Positions 21,538-32,026 of a stretch of DNA of 64,000 bases are shown here, piece after piece. The notes below the pieces were generated by a model that was not told where the DNA came from, ran no database searches, and saw only the letters and a program-made list of their open reading frames with translations. The DNA comes from Candidatus Bathyarchaeota archaeon (lineage in GTDB: Archaea; Thermoproteota; Bathyarchaeia; Bathyarchaeales; Bathycorpusculaceae). A program made the translations under genes and the position numbers. The stretch lies in the NCBI GenBank assembly GCA_963768425.1, contig CAVYHV010000006.1, positions 32,001 through 96,000 on the forward strand, read 5' to 3'. Numbering within the stretch: position 1 is the stretch's first letter; the number at the start of each line of letters is the position of its first letter.

Positions 21538-21615
21538 GGGCCCGTGGCTCAGTCAGGCTAGAGCGGCGGACTCTTAATCCGTAGGTCGCGGGTTCAATTC
21601 CCGTCGGGCCCGCCA
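21538..21615 (+). tRNA. tRNA-Lys (CTT), CCA encoded
   Basis: GGGCCCG/CGGGCCC acceptor stem, GCTC/GAGC D stem, GCGGA-CTCTTAA-TCCGT anticodon arm, GCGGG-TTCAATT-CCCGT T arm. Confidence 0.96.
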
Positions 21616-21651
21616 AAATTAACTTAAGACTTTTTTGTCTCGAAGCTTTCT

Positions 21652-22581
21652 CTACAGTTTTCGTGGTTTTGGCGGTTGATTTCTCGGCGTGTCAGGGTTT
21701 GTTTTGGTTTCCGTGTTTAGCAGTTGCTTTAGCCGCCAGATTAGTACGTCTCGGTCGTTGGGTTGTTGTTGCATCCATAATTCACGGTATTCCCTGAACT
21801 GTTGCCCCGTGATTTTCCCTTTCGATTGCAAATCACCCAGCAGCTTAACGAAGCCTCTGAGTTCTAGCTGCGCGTTGGTTTCTACGTTGCTCATTTTTCC
21901 CCCGCTTGTTTCGGCTGCAGCTGGTTCTTTGTCGGGCGGTGGATAAGTGTTGTAAAGGAAACGAGCGAAGTAAGCTGTTTCCCAGGACCTTATCAATGGC
22001 GCGCTATCTTTGGCTTTTAGCAACTCAGTTGTGTAGTAAGCGTATTCTGCTCCAAGAGAGTAAAATTTGGTTCCAACACTTGGGGAATCGGCTATTCGGT
22101 TAAAGAAATACTTTAGATGTTGGGTACTGAAGATCGGCAGTACTGCTGCGCTTTCATAGTTGAAGCAGAAGATGATTTTTTTGGCTAATTGCTTGTCGTT
22201 TCCTAATCCGTTTATTTTTTCCCAAGGCGCATCCACTTTCTGAGCTAAGGATTTGTTCTTGTCCACTGCAGTATGGAGCAAACTTTTGAAATCGGCAAGT
22301 TGCAGCCTGATATTTTGGTAGACACTGGAGTTCTGAATTGTGAGATGTCCAATTGGCTCGAGGCTATACACTAAATAACGAAAGAATTCGCCTGTTTCGT
22401 TTGAGTCTCGCTTGAAGATTTTGTCGGTGTCCAGCCAATCTATGGATTGTGGGTTTTCCGCGAAAGGAAATTTTACTCTAAACTCCTTCAGTATCCGAAG
22501 AGCATTGTTAACTTCGCGTTTTATTACTCCGTCTTTATCGTAGGCGTTTGCCTGTTCAAGCACTAAACTACTTCGTGACAT
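21652..22581 (-). CDS. Hypothetical protein (possible HhH-like motif, SHOCT-like C-terminus)
   Basis: Intact 309-aa ORF; contains INGLGNDKQLAKK and LQSKGKITGQQF. Confidence 0.7.
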   Translation of the reverse strand: MSRSSLVLEQANAYDKDGVIKREVNNALRILKEFRVKFPFAENPQSIDWLDTDKIFKRDSNETGEFFRYLVYSLEPIGHLTIQNSSVYQNIRLQLADFKSLLHTAVDKNKSLAQKVDAPWEKINGLGNDKQLAKKIIFCFNYESAAVLPIFSTQHLKYFFNRIADSPSVGTKFYSLGAEYAYYTTELLKAKDSAPLIRSWETAYFARFLYNTYPPPDKEPAAAETSGGKMSNVETNAQLELRGFVKLLGDLQSKGKITGQQFREYRELWMQQQPNDRDVLIWRLKQLLNTETKTNPDTPRNQPPKPRKL

Positions 22582-22747
22582 TTTTCAGCCATACCTGTAT
22601 TGCTTATAGGCAAATAAGAAGGTTGCACAATAGGCAGCAGATCTTGCTTCTTGGACAGCATTTAAGTTCACTTTGAATCAGGGAAGATTGACCGATAGCA
22701 ATCCATGTGTTTGATCTGAATTCTTTTTGCAGTCAAATGGCTTGCTT

Positions 22748-23374
22748 TCAAGTGCTGCTGCTTTTTCTCTCCCATATTCGTCTGATGAAGCGCATGAATA
22801 AAGGGGCTATCCAGAGAATCAATCTTAAGTGAATGGATGTTTTGCTGGTTATTGGTATCGCTAAACTCCAAAAGAAGGGAAGGACTGAAATGAAGAAGAT
22901 TGCTGCACCCACTATCTGTGAATTTCTCATCGCTGCGTAATGGCGAAGTAACTCTTCTGGTCTTTTTTTGTCAGCTAAAATGGAGTTAGCAAGGAGCGCT
23001 TGGATTGCGAATAATCCTCCCAAGTCCAAAGCGTAAAGTATCGAAACATATTGTATTGGAAGGGTAGACGAATTAAGTTCGTTAAACAGGAAGGGCTCAA
23101 TGGAAACCAAGAACAGCAGCAGAATATTTAGTTCAACTTCTCTTCTCGTTTCTATGCGTACGTTTGACATAATGCGAGTGTAGCCGTACCAGACGCTGAT
23201 GAGTATGAGAAAACTAAACGCATAATACACTATAGACTCAACCAAGTTTTGAAAACTGCTTGGCGCTTGCCCAATCAAGGTAAGTGCGCCTATAGAGAGG
23301 GCTAATCCGAAAATCAAGTCGGAGAGAGTTTCTATGCGCGATTTCGGCGTTGATCTTTCTTTTTCCTCAGCCAC
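22748..23374 (-). CDS. TMEM175-family (DUF1211) potassium channel-like protein
   Basis: RIETLSDLIFGLA resembles the RxxxFSD motif; about six hydrophobic helices. Confidence 0.8.
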   Translation of the reverse strand: MAEEKERSTPKSRIETLSDLIFGLALSIGALTLIGQAPSSFQNLVESIVYYAFSFLILISVWYGYTRIMSNVRIETRREVELNILLLFLVSIEPFLFNELNSSTLPIQYVSILYALDLGGLFAIQALLANSILADKKRPEELLRHYAAMRNSQIVGAAIFFISVLPFFWSLAIPITSKTSIHLRLILWIAPLFMRFIRRIWERKSSST

Positions 23375-23462
23375 GGAATCAACCTCAAGGCTACTGGTAC
23401 ATTTTGTTTTAGGCAGAATATAGATTTAAGCATTAAATGCTAAAACGGAAGAGACGGTGTTT

Positions 23463-25073
23463 CTATTTTTTGGCTTGTTTGAATTCTTCTCTTGTTTTCA
23501 TTTGCCGTCTCTTCAGATTGTAGCCAAGAGAGAAGTCGTGTGCTGCGTCACGGATTTTTCTGAGCAGAAGCATCATTCGGCTGTTTTTGTCGAAGACTTT
23601 GGGCGTCGCGTCGTCTTGCATATAGATTTCTTCATGCTCCTTCGCCAACCCAATCAACGGAAGCTTTAGGCCGACAGTTTGTAGAGCCGCTTTTGCCGCG
23701 CTGACTTGGCCAGGTCCACCATCTATCAGCACCAAGTCAGGTAGCTGGCTTTTTTCTTCAACTAAACGTTTGTACCTTCGCGCCACGACTTCGTTGACGG
23801 CTGCGAAGTCATCTTGTCCAGTGAAGGTTTTGATTTTGAATCGTCGATAGTTTTTCTTATCAGGTTTTGCATCTTTGAAGCTGACCATGCCTGAAACGAC
23901 ATGTTCCTGCCCCAAATTGGAAATGTCAAAGCACTCGATTATGCGCGGCAGGGTTGGGAGTTTAAGCTCATTTTGCAGATCGACTAGCGCGCTATCGACT
24001 TCTAATGTTGACTCAAGGTTTTTCTCTGCCAGCTGGACGAGGGCAAGCTTGTCGGCTTTTCTGGGTATGACTAAGGAAACGGGCGCTAACCGTTTTGTTG
24101 ACAAGAATTCTTCAAGAGCCTTTTTTTCTTCGGGTTCTTGCCAAACGGGCTTGCTTAGCAGGATTTCTCTGGGAATTCGGTTGCTTGTGTAGTATGCTTT
24201 GAGAAATTCCTGTTCAACCTGAGGCTGCAAATCAACGCTGAACTGTTTTTTCCCGAGCAAAACGCCTTTTCTGACTCCCATTTGGACCGCGAGCATTTTG
24301 TCGCCGACTTGCTTGAAGGCTAAGATGTCTTGGTCGAATCGGCGTTCGTTATCAACGATCTGGTGTTCTGTTACGAGTCTTATGGATGCAATTTGGTTAC
24401 GCAGTTCCAAAGCGGTTTCGTATTTCTGGTCTTGGGCGGCTTGCTCCATTTGGGCGTTGAGTTGTGTGATTGTTTGCTGGTAGTTTCCGTTTAGAAAGGA
24501 TCGTGCCTGCTTGATTTGCTCGGCGTATTCTTCGGCGGTGACTTTTCCTATGCACGGGGCGTTGCAGAGGTGTATGTGGTAGTTTAGGCAGGCGCGTTTG
24601 TGCATGGTTTTGCATGTTCGCAACTTGAATACTCGGACGACTAGGCGCTGTAGGTCTTGTCGTATGAAGCCTTCTGTGTAGGGTCCGAACGATTCGAGTT
24701 TACGCGCCACTTTGCGGCTAGTAAGCACCCGCGGATAAGGTTCCCGTGTAAGCGAAATATAAGCGAAGGTTTTAGCGTCCTTTAGGTCAATGTTGTACTT
24801 TGGCGAATGCTGTTTCACGAGTTTGTTCTCCAAAAGGAGAGCTTCAACCTCGTTGTACACTATGATCCAGTCGATGCTGCGGATTCTGGAAACCAGTTGC
24901 CTCGTTTTGGCTGAGTGGTCGTTGCTTAAAAAATAGCTTTTGACGCGAGAACGCAGATTTTTGGCTTTGCCAATGTAGAGTATTTCGTCTGTTTCATCTC
25001 TGTATAGGTAAACGCCTGGGCTGGTTGGAATTTCAGAGCTTTTGAAATCTGATGCACTCTTTATTTGGATCAT
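23463..25073 (-). CDS. uvrC: Excinuclease ABC subunit C
   Basis: GIY-YIG (PGVY...YIGKAKNLRSRV), UVR domain, ECFDIS and IDGG RNase H-like motifs. Confidence 0.95.
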   Translation of the reverse strand: MIQIKSASDFKSSEIPTSPGVYLYRDETDEILYIGKAKNLRSRVKSYFLSNDHSAKTRQLVSRIRSIDWIIVYNEVEALLLENKLVKQHSPKYNIDLKDAKTFAYISLTREPYPRVLTSRKVARKLESFGPYTEGFIRQDLQRLVVRVFKLRTCKTMHKRACLNYHIHLCNAPCIGKVTAEEYAEQIKQARSFLNGNYQQTITQLNAQMEQAAQDQKYETALELRNQIASIRLVTEHQIVDNERRFDQDILAFKQVGDKMLAVQMGVRKGVLLGKKQFSVDLQPQVEQEFLKAYYTSNRIPREILLSKPVWQEPEEKKALEEFLSTKRLAPVSLVIPRKADKLALVQLAEKNLESTLEVDSALVDLQNELKLPTLPRIIECFDISNLGQEHVVSGMVSFKDAKPDKKNYRRFKIKTFTGQDDFAAVNEVVARRYKRLVEEKSQLPDLVLIDGGPGQVSAAKAALQTVGLKLPLIGLAKEHEEIYMQDDATPKVFDKNSRMMLLLRKIRDAAHDFSLGYNLKRRQMKTREEFKQAKK

Positions 25074-27997
25074 GCAGTCTGCTTCACTGCCAAACCTAGT
25101 TCTTCCTGCGGACGGTTAAGCATTTTCTGCAAAAATTTTCCCGTGTGGGAACCAGCGATTTCAGCGACTTCTTCAGGTGTTCCCTGCGCCAGCAGTTTTC
25201 CCCCTGCGGCTCCGCCTTCAGGACCCAAATCAATGAGGTAATCGCAGCTTTTTATAACGTCCAAGTTATGCTCGATGATGTAGACTGTGTTGCCGTTGTC
25301 AACCAGTCTGTTCAGCACCCGAATGAGGCGTTTAGTGTCGTCAAAATGCAAGCCCGTTGTGGGTTCGTCAAGCATATAGACGACGTGTCCCTTCTTGTTT
25401 TTGCTCAGTTCGCGGGTGATCTTAATGCGTTGACTTTCCCCGCCTGAAAGAGTGGTTGAACTCTGACCCAGCTTAATGTAACCTAACCCGACGTCCAGAA
25501 GAGTGGTTAGTTTGCGGGATATCCGCGGGGTGTTCTCGAAGAATTTGGCTGCTTCCTCCACTGTCATGTCTAAGACTTCAGCGATGTTTTTGCCTTTGAA
25601 TAGGATGCTTAGCGTTTCTTTGTTGTAGCGTTTGCCTTTGCATTCGCTGCATTGCACGTAAACGTCTGGCAGAAAGTTCATTTCGATTCGCAGGACGCCG
25701 TCGCCTTGGCAGGTTTCACATCTGCCGCCTTTCACGTTGAAGCTAAAGCGTCCCTCTTTGTAGCCGCGCGCTTTAGCCTCTTTGGTTGAGGCGAAAATGC
25801 GCCTAATCTCATCGAAAAGCTTGGTGTAGGTCGCTGGGTTGCTTCTGGGAGTTCTGCCGATTGGGTCTTGGTCGATAACTATTACGTTGTGAACCAGAGG
25901 CGGGAAATCGATTGATTCGTGTTTGCCGATTTTATCAATTTTCTCCCCGAACAACTGCCGCAACTTAGGAATAACGGTCAAATTCATCAGGGTGCTTTTG
26001 CCCGAACCTGAAACGCCTGTCACTCCGCATAATACGCCGAGCGGCAACTGGAGGTTAAGGCGTTTTAGGTTGTTTTCTTCTGCGCCCTTGACTGTGATAT
26101 AGCCTACGGGTTTGCGCCTGGAGTCTGGCAACTCGATTTTGAGTTCGCCAGAAAGGTATTTGCCTGTGAGGCTGCGTTTGTTAGCCATTATTTCTTCAGG
26201 TGAGCCTTCAGCGACGACGTGTCCTCCGTGGACTCCTGCGCCGGGACCCATGTCAACAATGTAGTCAGCTTTCCGAATGGTTTCTTCATCATGCTCAACA
26301 ACGATTAACGTGTTGCCTAAATCACGCAGACGATGAAGGGTGCTAATGAGTTTAGCATTGTCGCGCTGATGCAAGCCGATGCTGGGTTCATCCAAAATGT
26401 ATAGGACACCCATGAGGTTACTACCGATCTGAGTGGCTAAACGAATCCGCTGGGCTTCGCCGCCTGACAGCGTCCTTGCCGCTCGTGAAAGAGAAAGGTA
26501 ACCTAACCCAACGTTTTTCAAAAATCCTAGCCGCTCATTGATTTCTTTGAGCACCTGCTTGGCAATTGCGAGTTCCTTCTCGTTTAGTTGTGGTGGCAGG
26601 TTGTGGAAGAAATCAACTGCTTCTTCAATGGAGAGGTCTGTCACGTCTATGATGCTTTTGTCAAGGACTTTTACTGCGAGCACAACGGGTTGCAGTTTTT
26701 TGCCTAGGCAGGCGTTACATGGTCGTGAGGTCATGAATTTTTCGATGTCTTCTTTTCGCCATTCACTTTCCGTCTGCCGATAAAGTCTCATGGTCTGAGG
26801 GATTACGCCTTCCCAACCATCACGCATCCACATGCTAGCGCCGTTTGACCATTGCCCACTTAAAGGTTCCCTGTCGCCATAAAGTAGAACGTGAAGTTGC
26901 TCAGCAGTGAAGTCTCTTATCGGGGTGAAAACATCAAATCCGTGCTTTTTACCTACCATTTGAAGCTGCTGTGCACGCCAGCTTAGATCCATGCTGCCGT
27001 AAACCGTCAATGCGCCGTCCATAATGGAGAGGTTTTTATTCGGGATAACTTTGTCTTCGGATATTTCTGTGATTTCACCTAAGCCATGGCACGTAGTGCA
27101 GGCGCCGAATGGAGAATTGAATGAAAACATGCGTGGTTCAAGAGCTTCGAAAACGATTTCGGGGTGGTTAGGGCATGCTCCATAGGTGCTGTACATTGTT
27201 TCGTCTTCAAAGCGTTCAAGCTCCTTCTTTTTTTCCGCATCAGCTTCCATTTTGGAGTCGATCACAATCATCGTGCCTTTGCCGACTTGAAGAGCCTGCT
27301 CCACCGCTTCGCTTATGCGACTGCGTTCTTCATCAACGATTTCCACCGTGTCAATTACCGCTTCAATCCAATGCTTCTCATACCGCACAAGCTTAAGTTC
27401 ATCTTTGATGATGTCGGCATCGTAGATTTTTTGGTCTACCCGTATATGGGTGTAGCCTTGTTTTTTCAGGTCTTCGAAAACTTGCTCATGAGTTCCTTTT
27501 ATGCCGCGGATTATTGGGGCTAAGAATGTGAAGGTTTTCTTTTTTTCTGCCATGATTAGGCTAGTTATGTTTTCGGCGCTTTGCGGGTGGATTGAGCTTC
27601 CGCATTTTGGGCAATGATGTGTGCCAGCTCGGGCGAAAAGAAGTCTGAGGTAATCGTAGATTTCAGTTACTGTTCCGACAGTTGAACGTGGATTTTTGCT
27701 GGTGCTTTTCTGCTCAATCGAGATCGCTGGAGATAACCCTTCAATGGAGTCAACGTCGGGTTTATCCATTAAGCCCAAGAACTGTCGCGCGTAAGCGGAT
27801 AAGCTTTCAACGTAACGTCGTTGTCCTTCGGCATAGATCGTGTCGAAAGCAAGGGTGGATTTTCCTGAGCCTGAAAGCCCAGTGATAACTATGAATTTGT
27901 TTCTGGGAAGTTCCACATCTATGTTTTTGAGGTTGTGCTCTCTAGCACCCTTAATTGAGATGTTGTCTCTCATGACGAAACCAGTTTCCTTCTCCAC
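25070..27997 (-). CDS. uvrA: Excinuclease ABC subunit A
   Basis: [28 protein letters not shown] and zinc-finger motifs. Confidence 0.97.
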   Translation of the reverse strand: MEKETGFVMRDNISIKGAREHNLKNIDVELPRNKFIVITGLSGSGKSTLAFDTIYAEGQRRYVESLSAYARQFLGLMDKPDVDSIEGLSPAISIEQKSTSKNPRSTVGTVTEIYDYLRLLFARAGTHHCPKCGSSIHPQSAENITSLIMAEKKKTFTFLAPIIRGIKGTHEQVFEDLKKQGYTHIRVDQKIYDADIIKDELKLVRYEKHWIEAVIDTVEIVDEERSRISEAVEQALQVGKGTMIVIDSKMEADAEKKKELERFEDETMYSTYGACPNHPEIVFEALEPRMFSFNSPFGACTTCHGLGEITEISEDKVIPNKNLSIMDGALTVYGSMDLSWRAQQLQMVGKKHGFDVFTPIRDFTAEQLHVLLYGDREPLSGQWSNGASMWMRDGWEGVIPQTMRLYRQTESEWRKEDIEKFMTSRPCNACLGKKLQPVVLAVKVLDKSIIDVTDLSIEEAVDFFHNLPPQLNEKELAIAKQVLKEINERLGFLKNVGLGYLSLSRAARTLSGGEAQRIRLATQIGSNLMGVLYILDEPSIGLHQRDNAKLISTLHRLRDLGNTLIVVEHDEETIRKADYIVDMGPGAGVHGGHVVAEGSPEEIMANKRSLTGKYLSGELKIELPDSRRKPVGYITVKGAEENNLKRLNLQLPLGVLCGVTGVSGSGKSTLMNLTVIPKLRQLFGEKIDKIGKHESIDFPPLVHNVIVIDQDPIGRTPRSNPATYTKLFDEIRRIFASTKEAKARGYKEGRFSFNVKGGRCETCQGDGVLRIEMNFLPDVYVQCSECKGKRYNKETLSILFKGKNIAEVLDMTVEEAAKFFENTPRISRKLTTLLDVGLGYIKLGQSSTTLSGGESQRIKITRELSKNKKGHVVYMLDEPTTGLHFDDTKRLIRVLNRLVDNGNTVYIIEHNLDVIKSCDYLIDLGPEGGAAGGKLLAQGTPEEVAEIAGSHTGKFLQKMLNRPQEELGLAVKQTA

Positions 27998-28031
27998 TTA
28001 GGTAAATTGTAACTTGTTTAGGCAGGACAGA

Positions 28032-30012
28032 TTAGAACCTTTTTGCTATAAACCCCGCATTTTCTGGGCTACTTTCATTTTCTATCTTTCTTGCTAACGC
28101 CAAATTCAGCTGGGAAATGGTGTCACGCAGTTCAATAGCTTTCTCGAAATCAAGTTTTTCAGCGGCTTCCCTCATTTTCGCGTCTAATTCGATTATTTGA
28201 CGTTGAATGTCTGACTTGGGAAGGTGCTTTGTGCCCTTGATTGTGCTTTCCTTATGGGAAACGCTCTTAATGATCGTGGTGGGTGTGATGTTGTGGATTT
28301 GGTTGTAGCGTTTCTGGAATGCGCGGCGGTAATTGGTAATTTTCAAAGCTCTTTTAATCGAGTTTGTTTCGACGTCTGCGTACAGGATTACTCTGCCGTT
28401 CACGTTTCTTGCAGCTCGTCCAATGGTTTGGATAAGGCTGCGTTCATCTCGCAGGAACCCTTCTTTATCAGCGTCCAAAATGAAGATGGTTGCCACTTCT
28501 GGGATATCTAAGCCTTCCCGCAGCAGGTTGATTCCAACCAAAATGTCAAAATCGCCAACGCGAAGCTGCCGCACAAGCTCTATGCGGTCTAAGCTGTCGA
28601 TGTCGGAGTGCATGTAGCGTACGCGAAAGCCCTCTTTGACAAGGTAATCAGCCAAGTCTTCGGCCATCCGTTTGGTGAGGGTTGTGATTAGGATTCGGTC
28701 GCCGCGCTCTATGGTTTTCTTTGCTTCAGCCATCAGATGCTGCATCTGACCCGCGATGGGGTGAACTTCCACTTCTGGGTCAAGAAGCCCTGTTGGTCGA
28801 GTGATTAATTCGACGGGTTTGCCGCTTTTTTCCAATTCGTACTCGGCTGGGGTTGCTGAGACGAAGAGGACTTTACCCATTTTTCCTTCGAACTCGTCAA
28901 ACTTTAGTGGTCTATTGTCTAGGGCGCTGGGTAGTCGGAAGCCGAAGTCGACGAGGTTCTTTTTTCTTGCGTAGTCGCCATTGTACATGGCTCGGGACTG
29001 CGGGATTGTTTGGTGGCTTTCGTCGATTATTAGCAGATAGTCTTTTGGGAAATAATCCATCAAGGTGAAAGGCGGTTCGCCTGGTTTGCGTCCGTCGAAG
29101 TGTCGGCTGTAGTTTTCCATTCCTGCGCAGAACCCGATTTCCCGAATCATCTCCAAATCGTAGTTTGTGCGTTGCTTAAGCCTCTGAGCCTCCAGCGGCG
29201 GCAGGTCGGGAAGCCTCTTCTCCAGTTCCTGCTTGATGTGTCTCAAGTGCAAGTGCATGTTTCTCTTCGGGAACAACGTATTGGCGGGCAGGGTAAAGCG
29301 TCAATCTGTCTACTGCAACTTTGACGTCGCCTGTTATATGGTGGACTTCTTTGAGTTTCGCGATTTTGTTTCCGTCCAATTCAATCCGCAAAATATCGTT
29401 CTCGTAAGACGGCACAATATCGATGGTGTTGCCTCTCACGCGGAATCTTCCGGGCTCAAGAACCATATCGTTGCGTTCATATTGCATTTCAACCAGCTCG
29501 CGGATAAGGTCTTGCCTTGCGATTTGTTTCCCAACCGCCAGATCCAGTGCCATGGTTCGGAAGTCCTCTGGGTTTCCAAGGCTGTAAATGCAGCTAATGC
29601 TAGCGACAATTATGGTGTCGTTTCGGCTTACCAGGCTGGAGACGGCGTGCATACGCATCTTCTCGATTTCTTCGTTCACGTCGGAGTCTTTTTCAATGTA
29701 CATGTCCTGAGCTGGCAAATACGATTCAGGCTGGTAAAAATCGTAAAACGAAATGAAGAATTCAACTCGGTTGTGGGGGAAAAGCTCTCGTAGTTCACCG
29801 TAAAGCTGCGCAGCCAAAATCTTGTTGTGCGCAATGATTAGTGTTGGCTTTTGCAGGCGGTTGATTACGTTTGCCATGATGAAGGTTTTGCCGCTGCCTG
29901 TGATGCCGAGAAGGGTTTGTTTCTCTTTTTTGGCGAAGTTGGCGGCTAGCTTTTCGACGGCTTCAGCCTGTCCAGGCGACATTTTGTATGGTGCGATAAG
30001 TTCAAACTGCAC
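28032..30012 (-). CDS. uvrB: Excinuclease ABC subunit B (frameshift ~29260)
   Basis: [34 protein letters not shown] and QTIGRAARN motifs split over two ORFs. Confidence 0.95.
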
Positions 30013-30269
30013 TTTAGCTTCTCCAACACCCTTCTAAGAAATGACCCAACCGTTTGAACTAATAAGGTTTTTTCTATGAGAGTGCAACGTTGTACATGAC
30101 ACGTGTCATGAAAGCTTAGAGAGAGGTTTGCTAGCACGAAACACTTATTGTTTAAGTGGAATTCCGTTAACTCCCAAAAGAACAACTGTTCTAAGAATAA
30201 TTTAATCAAACTCACATTGGCAGCCATCACAGAAAAATGCGACAGAATAGCTGCGTTAAGTGAGTTACT

Positions 30270-30564
30270 TTATGAGACTTTTAGTGTGCCGAATTTGCCG
30301 ACGTTAAGTTGGTTTTCGCCTTTGAAGCTGGTTATGTAGCCGTTGTCGATTTTTATGTTGTCGCCGACGTTAACCATGTCAATCTGCTCGTTCCACAGCG
30401 TCAGTTTGATGCTGCCTGTTTCGTCTGCAACCACTGCGTCAACGATGCGGTACGTTTCGTCTTTAAAGCGGGATTTGACTTCGCGTCGGGTCGCCTTTTT
30501 CAACAACTTTTGCTTCAACACTTACCCGTTTCATCCCATCCTGCAAATCTTTAATTGCCGTCAA
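30270..30564 (-). CDS. Single OB-fold ssDNA-binding protein (SSB/RPA), frameshift ~30490
   Basis: IKDLQDGMKRVSVEAKVVE...ADETGSIKLTLWNEQ...NGY...QLNVGKFG. Confidence 0.88.
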
Positions 30565-30713
30565 CTTAATTCACCTAAACTATGTTCCTCGCTAAAGGGT
30601 TTTCAATTGCAAAGGTGAATTTCAATCATATAAATCTTGCTTAAAGAATAACCTGACTGCGTAAGCTGCAGGGAAAAAAGCAAAAAGCCCGAAAAAAGAG
30701 GGTTAGGCGATGT

Positions 30714-31964
30714 TTAGACGAGTCCTACGAGCAGAAGCGACAGAAAGACGGTGACGGCTACGGCGACAGCGGCGATTGTGATTCTTTTTGTCATCGAGAA
30801 CTCTGGTTTTAGTGATCCAACTATTATTGTGGATAAGGCGCCAAGCCAGACGTAGGAGACGATGAACATTATGAAAACTACGGTTCCGAAGCCTGCGGTG
30901 GCGGCGTTGATGCTGTTGAGGATGGTTTGCGACTGGGTTGTTAGGCTGCTTGCTGCTCCAGCGTAGGTTGTGGCTCCGAAGAAGTTGAAGCGCACTCCAA
31001 GTGTTATGTCGTAGGGGTAGTAGAGCGTGGGCAATGTGGCTGCGGCAAGAATGTTAATCAATGCTCTGATAGTCCATCACAAACAACGCGAAGCCTGTGG
31101 CGACGAAGAGGGGTTTCCAAACATGAGCTGGTTTTCAAGCCGTAAAAGAACAGGTAGATTATCCCTGTTAAGACGAACCAGATTAAGATGAATTCGAAAC
31201 CATACGAAGACAGAAACTGCTCAACAAGACCCAGGCTGTCGGTTTGCACAGGCGTACTGGTATTGTCCTCGGAAGAATAAGGCGCCGATTCGGATGGTTA
31301 TGTTTGAGTTAGCTGGATAGGTTAGGCTTAGTTGTAAAGCCGTAATGTTGCCCCATGAGGGAGTGCCGGTGGGTGTCCAACCTGACGCTTTTGGTCCAAG
31401 CGGGATGGTTAAGTTGTTCCAGACGTTAACTGTCGCCGTGTTTAAGGATGATGTTAAGTCATAAGTGTAGAAGCTTGTGTCGTTAAGTGAATACAAAGTT
31501 AAAGAGGCACTTTGAGGCATCGAGGAAGGTGCCACCTGCTTCATAGTTATAGACAGGTTTTGAAATCCCGACGGGGCATGCAGTCGACGTTAAATACGTT
31601 GCTTAACGCCGCCGTTATGTTATTTGTGTGGGTAGCATCCATTTCTAAGCTGCTGTTTCCAAACAGGCTGTAGTTGGTGTCGAGGGCAGCAACGAAGATG
31701 CTGTAGTTGAATGGGTCAGCGAAATTGTCGCTTAAAGCGCACGTTTGAGCTGCTCCCACGACGTTGAGTTAATGAAATCCTGTTGCTGAGCCAACCTGAG
31801 GCATCAGTGTTCTCTGTGTAAATCTTTGAGAACTGGACAAACTCGAAGCCCATGGCTAAGCCGACGAAAAGGATCAGAACCAGAAGTGCGCCTAGATATT
31901 TTGGGTTTTCAATAATTTTCTTGAAGGCTTTTGCAGGTGCGTAAATTACTTGCTGCGAGGTCAT
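30714..31964 (-). CDS. Yip1-like membrane protein with an inserted extracellular domain (four fragments)
   Basis: N-terminal IYAPAKAFKKI plus a TM helix; N/T/S-rich beta-rich insert; several C-terminal TM helices. Confidence 0.65.
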
Positions 31965-32026
31965 TTAGAATCAATCTCTTGGCTCCTCGCTACTTGTGTT
32001 TCACATGTTATTTATTAAAGTATTTG

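Noticed and set aside
21538-22600. tRNA-Lys (or tRNA-Cys) as an integration site for a mobile element
   Set aside because: No integrase, transposase or duplicated tRNA 3' end was seen in the window.
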